Positions 50,683-64,000 of a stretch of 64,000 nt of DNA are shown here, one piece after another. The DNA lies in contig RHPI01002161.1 of the NCBI GenBank assembly GCA_009103225.1, positions 173,044 to 237,043 on the forward strand. Direction: 5' to 3'. Under the pieces are notes generated by a model that saw nothing but the letters and a program-made list of their open reading frames with translations, was not told the DNA's origin and did no database searches. Origin of the DNA: Chlorokybus atmophyticus. Taxonomy: Eukaryota > Plantae > Mesostigma and Chlorokybus algae. Positions within the stretch are counted from its first letter, which is position 1, and each line of letters opens with the position of its first letter. The position numbers and the translations under genes are program-made.

Positions 50683-52219
50683 ATGGTGCTGTGGCCATGG
50701 TTTGTCGTAATCATCGTGTACACCGTCTTTGTGCTGGCCATGTCAATATGGCTGGTCACCACAGAATGGCCCGGAAGCAAGTACCACAAAACAGATATCG
50801 CCCCAGTGCCTTATCAGGTGACGATAGTTTTGAGGTTCATGCGCATGTTGACAGTGACACCTGTGGTGTAAACAGTCGCAGCATTGATGTCCATGTCACT
50901 CTGTACTTTGTTGTATTGAAACGTTGCTCCTTCAGGCCGTGAGCAGAGGGTGGCTGCTCCCAGCATGGGCGTTGATGCTTATTCGGGCAGTGTTCTTTGG
51001 TTATTCGCTGGGTGTGCTGATTTATGATCGTGTGCACTATGGCAGCCACAATTGGGTCTTCTTCACCGTGTAAGTGTGCATTGTGTGAACAGCTGTTCCA
51101 CCGGTATAGTGGGGTCATATTTCTAGCTCCCTCGTATGTTATGTTATGTTATGTTCCATGATATGTACTGCTATATATTGCTTATGGAAGTGCTGTTCCA
51201 GGTGGACATTCACCCTTCTGTGCGTCTACTTTGGGGTAAGCTTCGGATGCAACAAATGCGTGCATCACTCTTATTCAAAGCCAAGCAGGCCAGTCATGAA
51301 GGAATGCTGAGCACAATGTTCACTGCTTTGCTGTGTGAACAGTTTGGCACCATTCTGTCACTGTGCCAAATCTTGTTCAAGAAGCACTTGCACGATCGCC
51401 CTCTTCAAGGCAGGGCGTTGCCTGGCACCGATCATGGGGGTCAAGCATATATTATCGGTGATGGTGTGACAGCAGCCACGGCACCCGCTGCAGCACCGGC
51501 CGGCAGCCAAGCTGTGGACGTGTCGGGTGCACATCACAAGTCGCATGACATTTACGGCCAGTCCAACTTCACTCGCTTTTTCGTGCACGTCTTTGTTATT
51601 CTGCATCAAGTAAGCAAGCCTTGCAGAGTGTGCTTTGCATTGCAGGAGGTGGTTTACTCGTGCTAACAATACACTTCGATCTGTCACAGACAGTAGTTGT
51701 GTCTTCACTGTTTGTGACAATGGTGGTCTGGGCTGCGCTGTATCCCATCAGCCATGACCGAAGCCTACTCTCTTTCTCATCATACTCCGAGCACATTGTC
51801 AACTCCGTGTTTGTTATTGTGGAATGGTTCCTGGTAGACGTCCCCTGGCAGAAAAGGCAAGGCACTTCGCACCCCATTGCCTCTGTTTCCTGTTTGTAAT
51901 TGCTGCACGCACACGTGCACGTGCACGTGCACGCTTGTGCGAGTGTGCATGCATGTGGTTGCGCGTGATGATAGCCGTCTCTCGCAGATATGTGGTGTTC
52001 TGCTACCTTTGGGGCTACATCTTCTGCGTCTTTACATGGATCCGCCACTCGGTGTCGCACGATTGGCCGTACAGCTTCATGAACCTCAACAAGGCGGCCG
52101 CGGTCGCGTGGTACCCTCTCATCGCGCTGTGGTACGGTGCCACCTTCACCGTCCTGTACGTGCTTAGCCGGATCAAGCACAGATTTGTGCGTAAGCGCGT
52201 GGAGAGACTGATCTACTGA
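50683..52219 (+). CDS. Multi-pass membrane protein, rolling-stone/plant At1g10660-like family (true start may be upstream near 50098)
   Basis: WVFFT-VWTFTLLCVYFG; SEHIVNSVFVIVEWFL; YIFCVFTWIRHSVSHDWPYSFMNL; several TM segments. Confidence 0.65.
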
Positions 52220-53434
52220 GACAGACATGTCCGTTGCCGAGGTGGAGCTTTGCCTGTTTACCCCTAGTACCGCTAGCGTGTTGTGTAGGTTGTCAGTGTG
52301 TGTTGTCGTATTGATGCCTAGCTGACTCTGTTGTCGGCTACGTAGCTGTGCTGCCGTAGATTGTCAGTGTGTTGTGTACAGTTCGCTCGCGCTATTACCC
52401 AAGCTCATCGCTGGGTTGTAGTTGTATCACGTGTTATGTGTCGCTAAAGAGACGAAACATACTGTCCAGTGTGTTGCATGAATAGTTTGGTCTGTGTCTC
52501 ATGCAGCTTGATGCGATTCTGATAAATACGAGAGGCTGGTATGTAGTGCCAGGTGAGATGTTGTTGCTCGACAGTTTATAGTAACTGCAGGTTTCAGTGT
52601 ACAAGAATATAGACTTCTTACATAGGACGCACAATAGCTGGGTAAGTACCATGTTGACGGTATGAACAAGTGATGCGGTCCAGGTCAAGCTAGCATGTGG
52701 TTCGCTGCATGTGAGACTGCCCTTGTGAGAGAAGCATCAGACCTACGGCAGATATGTGCTTCGGAGTTGAATGCTGTGTGTATCGGTACAGCCAAGCATG
52801 TGTATACTCTGTGTCAATGGCTGTGTGTATTGATGCAGTGAACGCAACGGTGCCCCCTTTTCTAGGCTTGGACACCAAACGCTGCCACATAAACCCCGCT
52901 GTGGTATAAAAACTTACAGCAGTAGACTAGCTGCTTGACGCAAGGGGGCTGATACTACTATGCATGCGCGCTTGCAATATCAGGCGATGTCGTGAAAACA
53001 AGCCGCCTACACCATCAGTCAATCGGCATTCTCCTGTTGCTCTGCTGTATGAATGGCATGGCAGACATACCCTATGGCAGTGTGCACCATATGGCCCTAC
53101 CGTACATGCCTGGTACTTGTAGCAAGCGCACACGTCAAGTCCTATCGTCGGTACCACCATGGTCATCAGCAACGTCACCTGACATGTATTCTCATCCTCG
53201 CACCGCTGCTCATAGTAGCTGTGACGTGTCCCTGCCGCACGTCATAACCGCAGTGCATCACTCACCCCAAGCCTGCCTTGTCAGTGACGCTGGCTCATCA
53301 CTGACTCATCAGCAAGGCCAACAAATTCCAGACCTCTATTCTGCTTGAAGGTTCCGCACAGTTGGTTTGGTTCTCCCTTTGCTCTCTGCCTCAAGGGCCT
53401 TCTTCTCGGTGTAGGTGCTGGTGTGGTCGTCGTC

Positions 53435-54908
53435 ATGGCTGCGCCTCAGGCTGGCAGCGGCGGCGACACGGGTGCACAGGGAGGTGAGGACGCCCCGCCT
53501 GTGCTGGTCCGAGAGACGGGCGAGGGCCTCGGACCGGGCGGCGGGCCCGTCTTCGTTGTGGAGCCTCAAAGCGAGAGAAGGGCGGCGCCGGCTGGAGAGG
53601 TACTTGTTGTTGTTCTTGTCGTCGTCATTGTTGTGTGAATGATTTGCTCCTGTGGAGTCCTTTGTTGCCTTGTCTCCGGTATGGAAACGATGCATGCATG
53701 CATGCAGTACACCGCGGACCAAACCCATGCCATGCATGCATGCAATCATGCCTCAAGCACGAGATGGCCTAAGCCTGCACTGCTTGCATGCATGCGTGCA
53801 ATTTTACGCTGCATGCCTGGTTCATACATGCAAGTATGTCGTCAATGGGAGAGATTGGTACGGCAGTATTCTGTATGCCATGCATTCTGGCTGCAGCAAC
53901 TTGCTGCAGCCAGAAGATGATACGCAAGAGCGGTACCAACAACATGTGTTTTATTGACTGTTACGCCCACTCTCCGAGGGGAGGCTCCCTATGCATGCCT
54001 TGCTGTCAAAGCACGTGCATGCTTGCAGTGTTGATTACAGCATGCACGCGTTGCGGGCAGGTTGCGGATATACCGGTGGAGGACGTGCTGCGTGCGAGCA
54101 AGGACGCCGGTGAGGACGTGGACCGTGGGGACTACGCCTACTCCAGGGACGACCTCAGAGAAAAGGGCCAGCTTACAGGACAGCAGGTCAGAGTGACATT
54201 CCACGCATACTGCTCATCTGTCACTCACGATTTTCTCTCACCCCCTCTTTCTCCCACTCCTCCTTCCAGGGCGGTTCGAACGTGTTCGCCCTCTTTGACG
54301 ACTGCGGCTGCATCGCCCTCCCCGTCGCAGCCAGGGTGGACCCCAACGCCCTCGGCGACGCTATGAGGAGCGAGCTCATTGCTTGGGTGCAAGACAACCG
54401 CGGAGAGACACTCGCCATGATGGTGAGAGGGTGATGTGTGCTTTAAGCTTTGAGGTGCAAGTGTCACAGCACATGCATAATGGCCCCGTTGCTCTACCCT
54501 ATGCATGCGCACTTACGTACGTACGTACATACATACATACATACATACATATGCCCACGGGCATCCATGCACACACATATGCACATACCCGCACAGATGC
54601 ATACGTGCTCAAACTTTCGAGAGCTGCATGTATTTGCCTACCCAAGTTGACCCAACATATGCAACCACGCGCGCACGCGTACATGCACATGCACACCAAT
54701 GCATGCCAACATCTACTCTCCCCAGGTTGCTGGGGTGGTGCCATTGAGCGACGATGAGGGTGTAAGGAATGACTACGCTCAGGCCAAGAAGGAAGGGCTC
54801 GAGGCGCTGTACGGCAGGCACGGGCCGGCCGCGCGGGCTCAGGCTGGGGCCAAAGGGCCTCAGGCTGGAGGAGGAGGAGGAGAGCCGTTGCCTGTCAGCT
54901 CGCAGTGA
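53435..54908 (+). CDS. Conserved-looking hypothetical protein (4 exons)
   Basis: In-frame spliced exons: MAAPQAG...; VADIPVEDVL...GDYAYSRDDL; GGSNVFALFDDCGCIALP...; GVVPLSDDEGVRNDYAQAKKEGLEALYG. The last motif is reminiscent of a plant protein of unknown function; family not confirmed. Confidence 0.6.
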
Positions 54909-56300
54909 GAGCGTATGATCGTGGCGATGACTTGTTGTTCTGTGGTCTGGGAGTTGTGTACATACAGCGTTGTTGTGTTGCGTATGCTTGGTGAGAGATA
55001 CTGTGTGTACAGCGCCTGTCCTTGCAGCCCAAGCCTCCAACCTGCGCGATTACCGTACTTGTTCATATAGCAGGAGGTGTACATCAAATGCGCGGTGCAA
55101 CGAACATGCAATGAACAACGGCTTGAGAACAGCATTACACAGCAACTATTACTAGCAGCGTTTCAAGTTCAACCACTGGGCTACACATGGTGACTGTTAT
55201 GTGAGTGGTGAAGGTTATTTTTCATGCATGTCTCACATTGCCCGCACACCATGCATGTTGCCATAGTACCATACCCTTTATATACAACTATATCACCATG
55301 GTACACTGATATCTACCACCTCGTTAGTCATGCAAGTTAGTACATGCGGTTTCAGATTACCTACCCACACGGGCTGCCCTGTACATGACATGCATGCGCA
55401 TGCACAACGTGCAGTCCAGTCAGCATGCAGCAACACATGCAAGGTGTCGTACAAATGACATTTAGTTGACCACCGGGCTACTACTAGCACGCTAATCTAC
55501 TGCCTCTACCCGTTAGACATGCAGCAGTCAATATGCAGTTGGTAATCACCTGCCCACATGGGCGTTTGTGTGCCCTGTACAGTTTGCTGTGTTGCAGTGG
55601 CATCAGCATTGCTTGTGGGCTTGTCGCCACTGATTGCTTTCTTGAACTAGCTGCCTTCACCTTGTATTGCAAATCCAGGCGATCTCATAACATACAAGTA
55701 TATGAAACACCTGTAGGATTGCGGCAGACAGGCTGCAATGGTCTGTCTGCAAATTGTCAGTCATGCATGTTGACATTTCGTTACGGCATGGGCCTTCTGT
55801 ACAAAGAATGTAAATGAGATTGTGATAGCCTCCAGATTCAAGGCTTGTCGCACTGATATGTACCAACAGCGCAGCATTTCACATTTTTCACACATGCTCA
55901 TGTGTGCTACATTACGAAAACAAAAACACCCAATGCAAGTGTGTTTCAACAAGTCAATGTTGCAGCGGATTGTTGCATGCCTGTTGCATGCCTACTGAAC
56001 AATTGGCTGACAGCACGCCGCGCACAGGTTGTACAGACATGTCGCCAATTGTCTCGCGCATATCCTGTACACCTGCACTGGCTGCAGCGTAAACAGCGTG
56101 CATGCGCACCCCCGTCCCACGCAAGTATGCACCGCAACGACGTGACACATAGTAGCACACCCTTTTTGTACACACAGCACTTCACATACCCTATACACAA
56201 TCTGGATGGTGGCCACTGTATAATATGTACGGAGGCAACGAGCTGAAAACAGCTCACCAGCACAGCTGATATACGTGTGAGGAGCCTGCACAAAACTGCT

Positions 56301-58489
<2,189 letters not shown>

Positions 58490-58597
58490 ACCTAAACAGC
58501 TGCGCTCACCAACTCCCGTCAGGCCCTCAACACCCACAGCGACAACCCCGCTCCTGCCGCCAACCACCTCGCCGCTGCCCTCACCGCCGCCGCCGCT

Positions 58598-58605
58598 TAG
58601 GGTTT
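58598..58605 (-). promoter_or_regulatory. Telo-box (AAACCCTA on minus strand) upstream of the eIF4A-III start
   Basis: TAGGGTTT on + strand, ~110 nt upstream of the ATG. Telo-boxes are known from plant translation/RNA-metabolism gene promoters. Confidence 0.45.
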
Positions 58606-58870
58606 GGCAGCAGTAACTGTAGCAGAGCATACCATCCTGGTTAACAACAGCTGTTAGCTAACCAGCTCAGCAGGCAAAGCGTTTCGCGTTAACAAGCGAA
58701 GTCTCCCATATCCGGTTGGTCTAACCGCGTGTGAAAGCTGCGACGGTTAGTCATTGCAGTCATTTAACGGGTTCGGCAGCGACAGCGGCCTGAAGTAACT
58801 TATGACCTTAAGTCAGGGTTAACCACGTGCTGAAGCGGCGGCGGTGGTGGTGGCGGTGGCGGTGGCGGCG

Positions 58871-60940
58871 ATGTGGGCTGCGAGGCAGGGACGGGCGTTG
58901 CTGGCCAGGGCGGCGGAGTCCTCGGCAGTGTTGAACTTGCGTGCGGCTGGCGCTGCTGAGACACCCGCTCGCTACCAGCACCTGTACGCTGCCTTTGCCA
59001 CTGCTGCTGAAGAGTCTGGCCTGAGTGACTCTGGCAGCACCGCCGCCGCCTCCGCCACCGAGGCTGGCGACAATGACGCACAGAGCACTAAGAAAAGGCG
59101 AAAAAGGAAAAGTCAGCCGGGGTCGCCTACGGGTACGCGTGACAACTGCGTTTGCATGTGTATGCAATGCAGTACACTTCAATTAGTGCATGCATGCGAG
59201 GTTGCATGGATTGTGAGTATTTGGCATTCCTCTCTGCGTCACGTCAACTGTACACACGATCCTGAAATGCAGCATACATGCAATCATGCATGCCAGTAAG
59301 CTATATATCCGCTTATAACGTCAAAGCAATGCGGTGTTTACACTAAGCAACACCATTGGTGTGTTGCATGGCAGTGTCTGGTCGTCATTCTAAGAAGTTG
59401 ATATTTTGACAAGCAGAGAGATAGCTCTGGTCAAAATGCATGGCAACTGCCACTCAGTTACATTGCGTATAGATAACGCTATCGTTCGCTTTTTTGACCT
59501 CAACTGTGCATTGCAACGCCTTCTGCTGCTCAATTAGTAACTTGACTGCATCACTGTTTTCAGACTGGGAAAGCATGACAACAAGCTTTGAACTGGCGAA
59601 GCACCTCAACATGCAGATACAGACTGGCAATTTGCCTCCAGCAGAATCTGCTCAGCGGCTTGCGCGGCTGTGCAAGACTCAAGACGACATGAAGCAGGCA
59701 GTCGGCACAATCGCTAAGCTTGCCAGAGCCGTAAGCAGTTGTTTTATTGCATGATCGGGTAAAAGTCGACTGGCTGTGACTGATGAGCATGGCTGTTGTG
59801 TATTGAAGAGGCTTGCTGCAGCGCCGCACGTGCCTGGCACTGGCTTGGAGAGCTTCAAGGGGGATGTGCCTGGGGCTATATATTTGGCGTGCTTGAGAAC
59901 GGGCGCCTGGACAGAAGGTGTGATGAGCATGTCAACTTGTTGATGCATTGTGTTGAAGTGTTGCCTCCAACTCATCTGTTTGTTTCCTGTTGGCCCCAGG
60001 ACTTAGCTTGTTAAGGCGGCACCATGAGCTTGGACTGCCACCTACAAAGAATACACTGGTTGAATATATGGTGCGTGTGCGTAATAAGAGCCGCATACCC
60101 ATACTTCATACGTACTCTTCACTTCGTACTTTGTGCCAACAGCATTTGTGGTTGCCAGCACAAGGCGCCAGATAGTGAGAGTGTGGTGGAAGTTTTCGAG
60201 CACGCTAAACAAGTTTTCCCGAAGCTCAGCTCGAAGTTGGCCACGCAGTATGTGAGGTACAGCCACTCAGCATACGATTGGCGGAAAGGTCACCACCTTG
60301 TTGGATGATCCTTTTTGCCCCACTGACCAAAGGATTGTGCAGGGCGCTTTGTAAGCACCAGGACCTCGACAGGGCTGTGCAGTTTGCGCAAGAGGCACGC
60401 ATCAATGACGTTGAGCTGGAACGCAACGCTTACAACTTGATGCTCATCTGTGCAGTCGAAACCGGTGCGTGAACAGTTTTACACTAACTGCGCGTGCACA
60501 CACATGCACGCAAACGCCTGTACCCACATGCGTGTGTGCACGTGCGCGTGCATGTGCGTGTATGTTTGTGCGCGCATGCCTAAGCCCTGTAAACAATCTG
60601 ACAATTGACTGCGTGTGTGCACATACGCACATACACACATGCATGCGCGCGGGGGGGGGCACGAAAACTACCAGTCTTTCTCATGCTTCAACTACCAGCA
60701 TCCCGCTTGCACGTGCAGACACGCATGCATACACGAGCATGTCTATTGACAGGCAGAAGCTTTTGTCATCTCAAACTGAGCACAGTGCATGTCGCTTACA
60801 CGTGACAGTGGTCTTGTGTGTGTCCAGATAGAAAGGAGGTTGTGGAGCGGGTGCGAAGTGAAATGCAGGAGGGCGGCATTGCATATAATGAGACCACTGA
60901 TCTGTGGCTTAGTAAAGCAGTGGAGAAGTTTGGACAATAG
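58871..60940 (+). CDS. Mitochondria-targeted PPR-like helical repeat protein
   Basis: Presequence MWAARQGRALLARAA; RALCKHQDLDRAVQFAQEARINDVELERNAYNLMLICAVET-DRKEVVERVRSEMQEGGIAYNETT resembles PPR repeats. Confidence 0.7.
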
Positions 60941-61225
60941 TCTGCACAACTGCTGGCATGGTCATTTAGTCTGCTCCATGCAGCTGTGGAGTAACGAAGA
61001 AAGAACTCTTTCTCAACAGTTGTGGCCATTGACACTGGAGCGCACACGCTTCCTGTCTCTAATGTTGCAGAGCTGGCTCTGTGTGGAACTTCAGCCACAG
61101 TAAGACCCTCTTCACCTGATGACACTAACACCGCACCATAAAAGCCCCGTTGGCAAACCAATCACTATGTACAAGTGTACGCACTCTGCACAGGCACCAG
61201 CTGCTCCCCAACGCAATGTCATACC

Positions 61226-62619
61226 CTACTTGCCCATCATCATCTTCTCAACCAGTTGGGGTCCATAGTTCTTCATGAGGTACTGCAAGGCGGCCTGTTT
61301 GGCCTGGGCGACCATACCATCATCATCTGCTTTGTCATCTTTCACCTGACAGAAGTTGACAAGAGCAGCTTAGTCTCCATCAATAACACGAGTAAAACAA
61401 CATCAACATGGACAGTCCAACAAGTGTTGATGGTTGCGTTGTAATCTCACCGCAGTCGCAGTAGAGTGCCCGTACTTCTCCTTGATGAAGTCCATGAACT
61501 CCCCTTCCAGACCACCCATGGAAGAAGGCTTGACCGCAGCGGCCTCGTGCAGCTTGTCATCCTTCACATCACCTTTGTCATTGAAGAACGACATGATCGC
61601 GCCCGCAAGACCACCCTGCGTCTGTTGTTGGACAAAACAGTCAGTCGTAAGCCTTATTTACAATGACACTGGTTGTTCTATGTCAAGTGGCATGGTGTCT
61701 TGTGTGCACTGCCGTGTGCGATACTGTATGTATGCGGGTGCGTGTGCAAGTGTGTCGAAGCATGCGCGCACATCTGTGAGAACATAAGTGACAGTGACAC
61801 CAACCTTGGTCTGGTTGCCATACTCAGTGGGGTTGTAGCTCGCTTGTCCTTGATATGTGCTTGGCTGCTGAACGCCAGGAGTGCCATATCCCGGACGTGA
61901 CACATATCCAGCTCCCTGCTGATACTGCCCCTCCTGCCTCCTGTAAGCCTCCTGTGGGATCTGAGACTGATATCCGAGCTCGCTGCCTCCCTGCTGATAC
62001 CCACCCTGCTGCTGGCCCTGGTACCCACTCTGAGGTGGATATCCACCCTGCTGAGCCTGATACCCACCGCTCTGCTGATATCCAGCACCTCCCTGCTGGT
62101 ATCCCGCACCTCCCTGCGGGTACTGCTGCTGGGCTTGAAAACCACTACCTCCCTGTTGGTAACCACCTTGATATCCACCGCCGCTTCCCTGTTGCTGATA
62201 TCCAGCACCTTGCTGGTAGCGGCCGGCCTCTTGTTGGCGGCCGTATCCTCCTTCTTGAACGTACTCAGCTGGGCGGCCGCCTTGACCTTGGTTATATCCT
62301 TCAGCGTATCCTTCAGATGTCTGCTGTTGTCCGTGATGATGGTGACGCCCTTCGCGCCCATATGCGCCTTCTTCTTGATACCCAGACTGCTGGCGCCCCT
62401 GTGCAGCCTCATATGTGACGCTTGGCCATGCATGCAGACGCTGAACTCAGCCATGCTCACAATGACAACAGCAAGGACAGGCATACCTACGGCCATACCA
62501 TCATGCATACCAGCATTGACCTAAGTCTTCACTCAAGCGTTTGCACTCACCTCTGAGGTGTAGTCAGAGTAGCGGGTGCCCTCACCGCTATACTGATCAC
62601 CACGCCCGTACCCAGCCAT
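61226..62619 (-). CDS. G/Y/Q-rich low-complexity protein with a short helical C-terminal domain
   Basis: MAGYGRGDQYSGEG; long exon of GYQQG-type repeats; final exons GGLAGAIMSFFNDKGD... and AKQAALQYLMKNYGPQLVEKMMGK*. The true frame differs from the ORFs listed in the track. Confidence 0.7.
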
Positions 62620-63860
62620 GTCGTCGTCCTCTTCCTCCTGCTTCTCCTCCTTCTAGTTGTCCTCCACCGCCGCTGGCTGCCTGGTCAACATGCAAACCTC
62701 AACATGCTTCAACTTGCTGCATGCGTCGTTTTGTTGCCTAATCCGCGTGGCAAATTTTGGAAGATCGGCTTGGGACCAAGGGTCGATATCCATGGCGAAG
62801 GGCGATGCTGGCAAAGCGTGCAGATATCGCACAGCGGGGTTGAGTTTGTTCATGAAGTCGAATAGGTTTTCTCACGATGTTTATTACGTTGCGTTAAACT
62901 TGCCATGACAGCAGTCAGTCTATAAATCTATCAAATCTACTATTTGGTTCATAAAAGTTGCAAGGCGGGTCTCGTGCATGCAAGTCGCACCGCATAGACG
63001 ACATACATGCAGTTAGCACATCGTTGCTTCAATACATTCACATACAACACTACCGGGCTACATTCCCAGCTACTGCAGGTCACTAAGTACGACACTACCT
63101 CATCTATTCACCTACCCCGTTAAACATGCATGCATGCGACAATCCACGAGGTTGTCATATACACGCATGTGCTAGAGTAAAGGTATCCGTATTTTATTGC
63201 ATACTTATTAAGGTAAAATGGAGTGGCCCAAATAATCATAGCATGCATACACAGCAACGACAGTAAGGCCACCGAACGGACAATTATTGTCTATGTTTGC
63301 AAGTTGGGAATGCAAACACGCACAGACAAGATCATATACAACAACACATGACGCGTTATTGTATATGGTTTTTGCAAACCCATGATACACCATTTTAGGG
63401 GCTGATTAGGTTCGTGTGCAGCGTGTGACTTGCAAATAGGTAGGCAGGGCAAAATATTACACACGGATATCTTAATCAATGTAATGATGATCGATTAAAA
63501 AGTTTATGGTTGATTATAAATATTATATCGAGTTGCATATTAATAACAACACCCATGTACAATATCACCTCTGCTTATGCACGCTGATTGCTTGAATCCA
63601 ATTCGTAGACCGCTGCATGGAATAATGCAAGCCACTTCAGTACTATGGGTATGCGCTGCACGAATTCTCATTGAACCAAGAATAGCCATTGTGTGCATAT
63701 CCACATATACATACGCATACAAACATATCATGCAATATCGCAATGAAATGGCAATGTCACAATGACAATGTGCCATTTATAACGCATTTGCAAATGACAT
63801 TGTTATTATATAACATGATTATCATACACAAGTTGCTTTGAGAAACTATGCATTATGGTG

Positions 63861-63862
<2 letters not shown>

Positions 63863-63897
<35 letters not shown>
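63863..63897. repeat. (AT)n microsatellite in an AT-rich terminal region
   Basis: Pure AT dinucleotide run. Confidence 0.95.
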
Positions 63898-63899
<2 letters not shown>

Positions 63900-64000
63900 G
63901 CATAGCTTCCCTCTTTGAAAGCGCTATGGTTGCATTTGCATTTTTTATATAGTCCGCATTGCGTACATATTGTGCAATTGCATGAAACGAGGTTTACGAT

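Noticed and set aside
52430-52930. Possible additional LTR with GTATAAAAAC at ~52896
   Set aside because: No clear TG...CA termini, TSD or second copy in the window.
61678-62508. 276-aa minus-strand and 187-aa plus-strand ORFs from the track
   Set aside because: Shadow frames of the G/Y/Q-rich exon; the real frame splices in phase to flanking exons.
63395-63403. TTTTAGGGG telomere-like word near the window end
   Set aside because: Single copy; no telomeric array.

Overview
Eukaryotic, intron-rich scaffold with three N-gaps (1416-1897, 14566-15005, 34139-34263). It is most consistent with a flagellate-stage green-lineage alga: short GT-AG introns, plant-like Exo70, PPR and telo-boxes, plus ciliary KIF6 and TEDC1. 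The species cannot be determined from the sequence. About 1-19 kb is an accessory, decaying zone. It holds tandem LTR-like units, a frameshifted intron-containing Pro-rich filamin/Ig-repeat gene, and a ~4 kb intronless block of decayed giant-virus (Nucleocytoviricota-like) genes: RNR small subunit, an L1R-like membrane protein, an A16/G9-like Cys-rich membrane protein with a lectin-like N-terminus, and unknown ORFs. These are followed by another LTR-like element, an orphan membrane-protein gene and a CRE-like retroelement fragment. About 19.6-62.6 kb is compact host gene space, mostly divergent pairs: small TM protein/Exo70, TraB-domain/KIF6-like kinesin, TEDC1/zinc deaminase, tRNA-Ile(AAT), DONSON/mitochondrial EF-G, hydrophilin-like/rolling-stone-like, a conserved hypothetical, eIF4A-III/PPR-like, and a G/Y/Q-rich protein. 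The main leads are the endogenous giant-virus entry/fusion cassette and a deaminase whose best-supported exon structure needs a +1 reading-frame switch. All family assignments come from motif recognition by eye; no database searches were run, and exon boundaries are manual.
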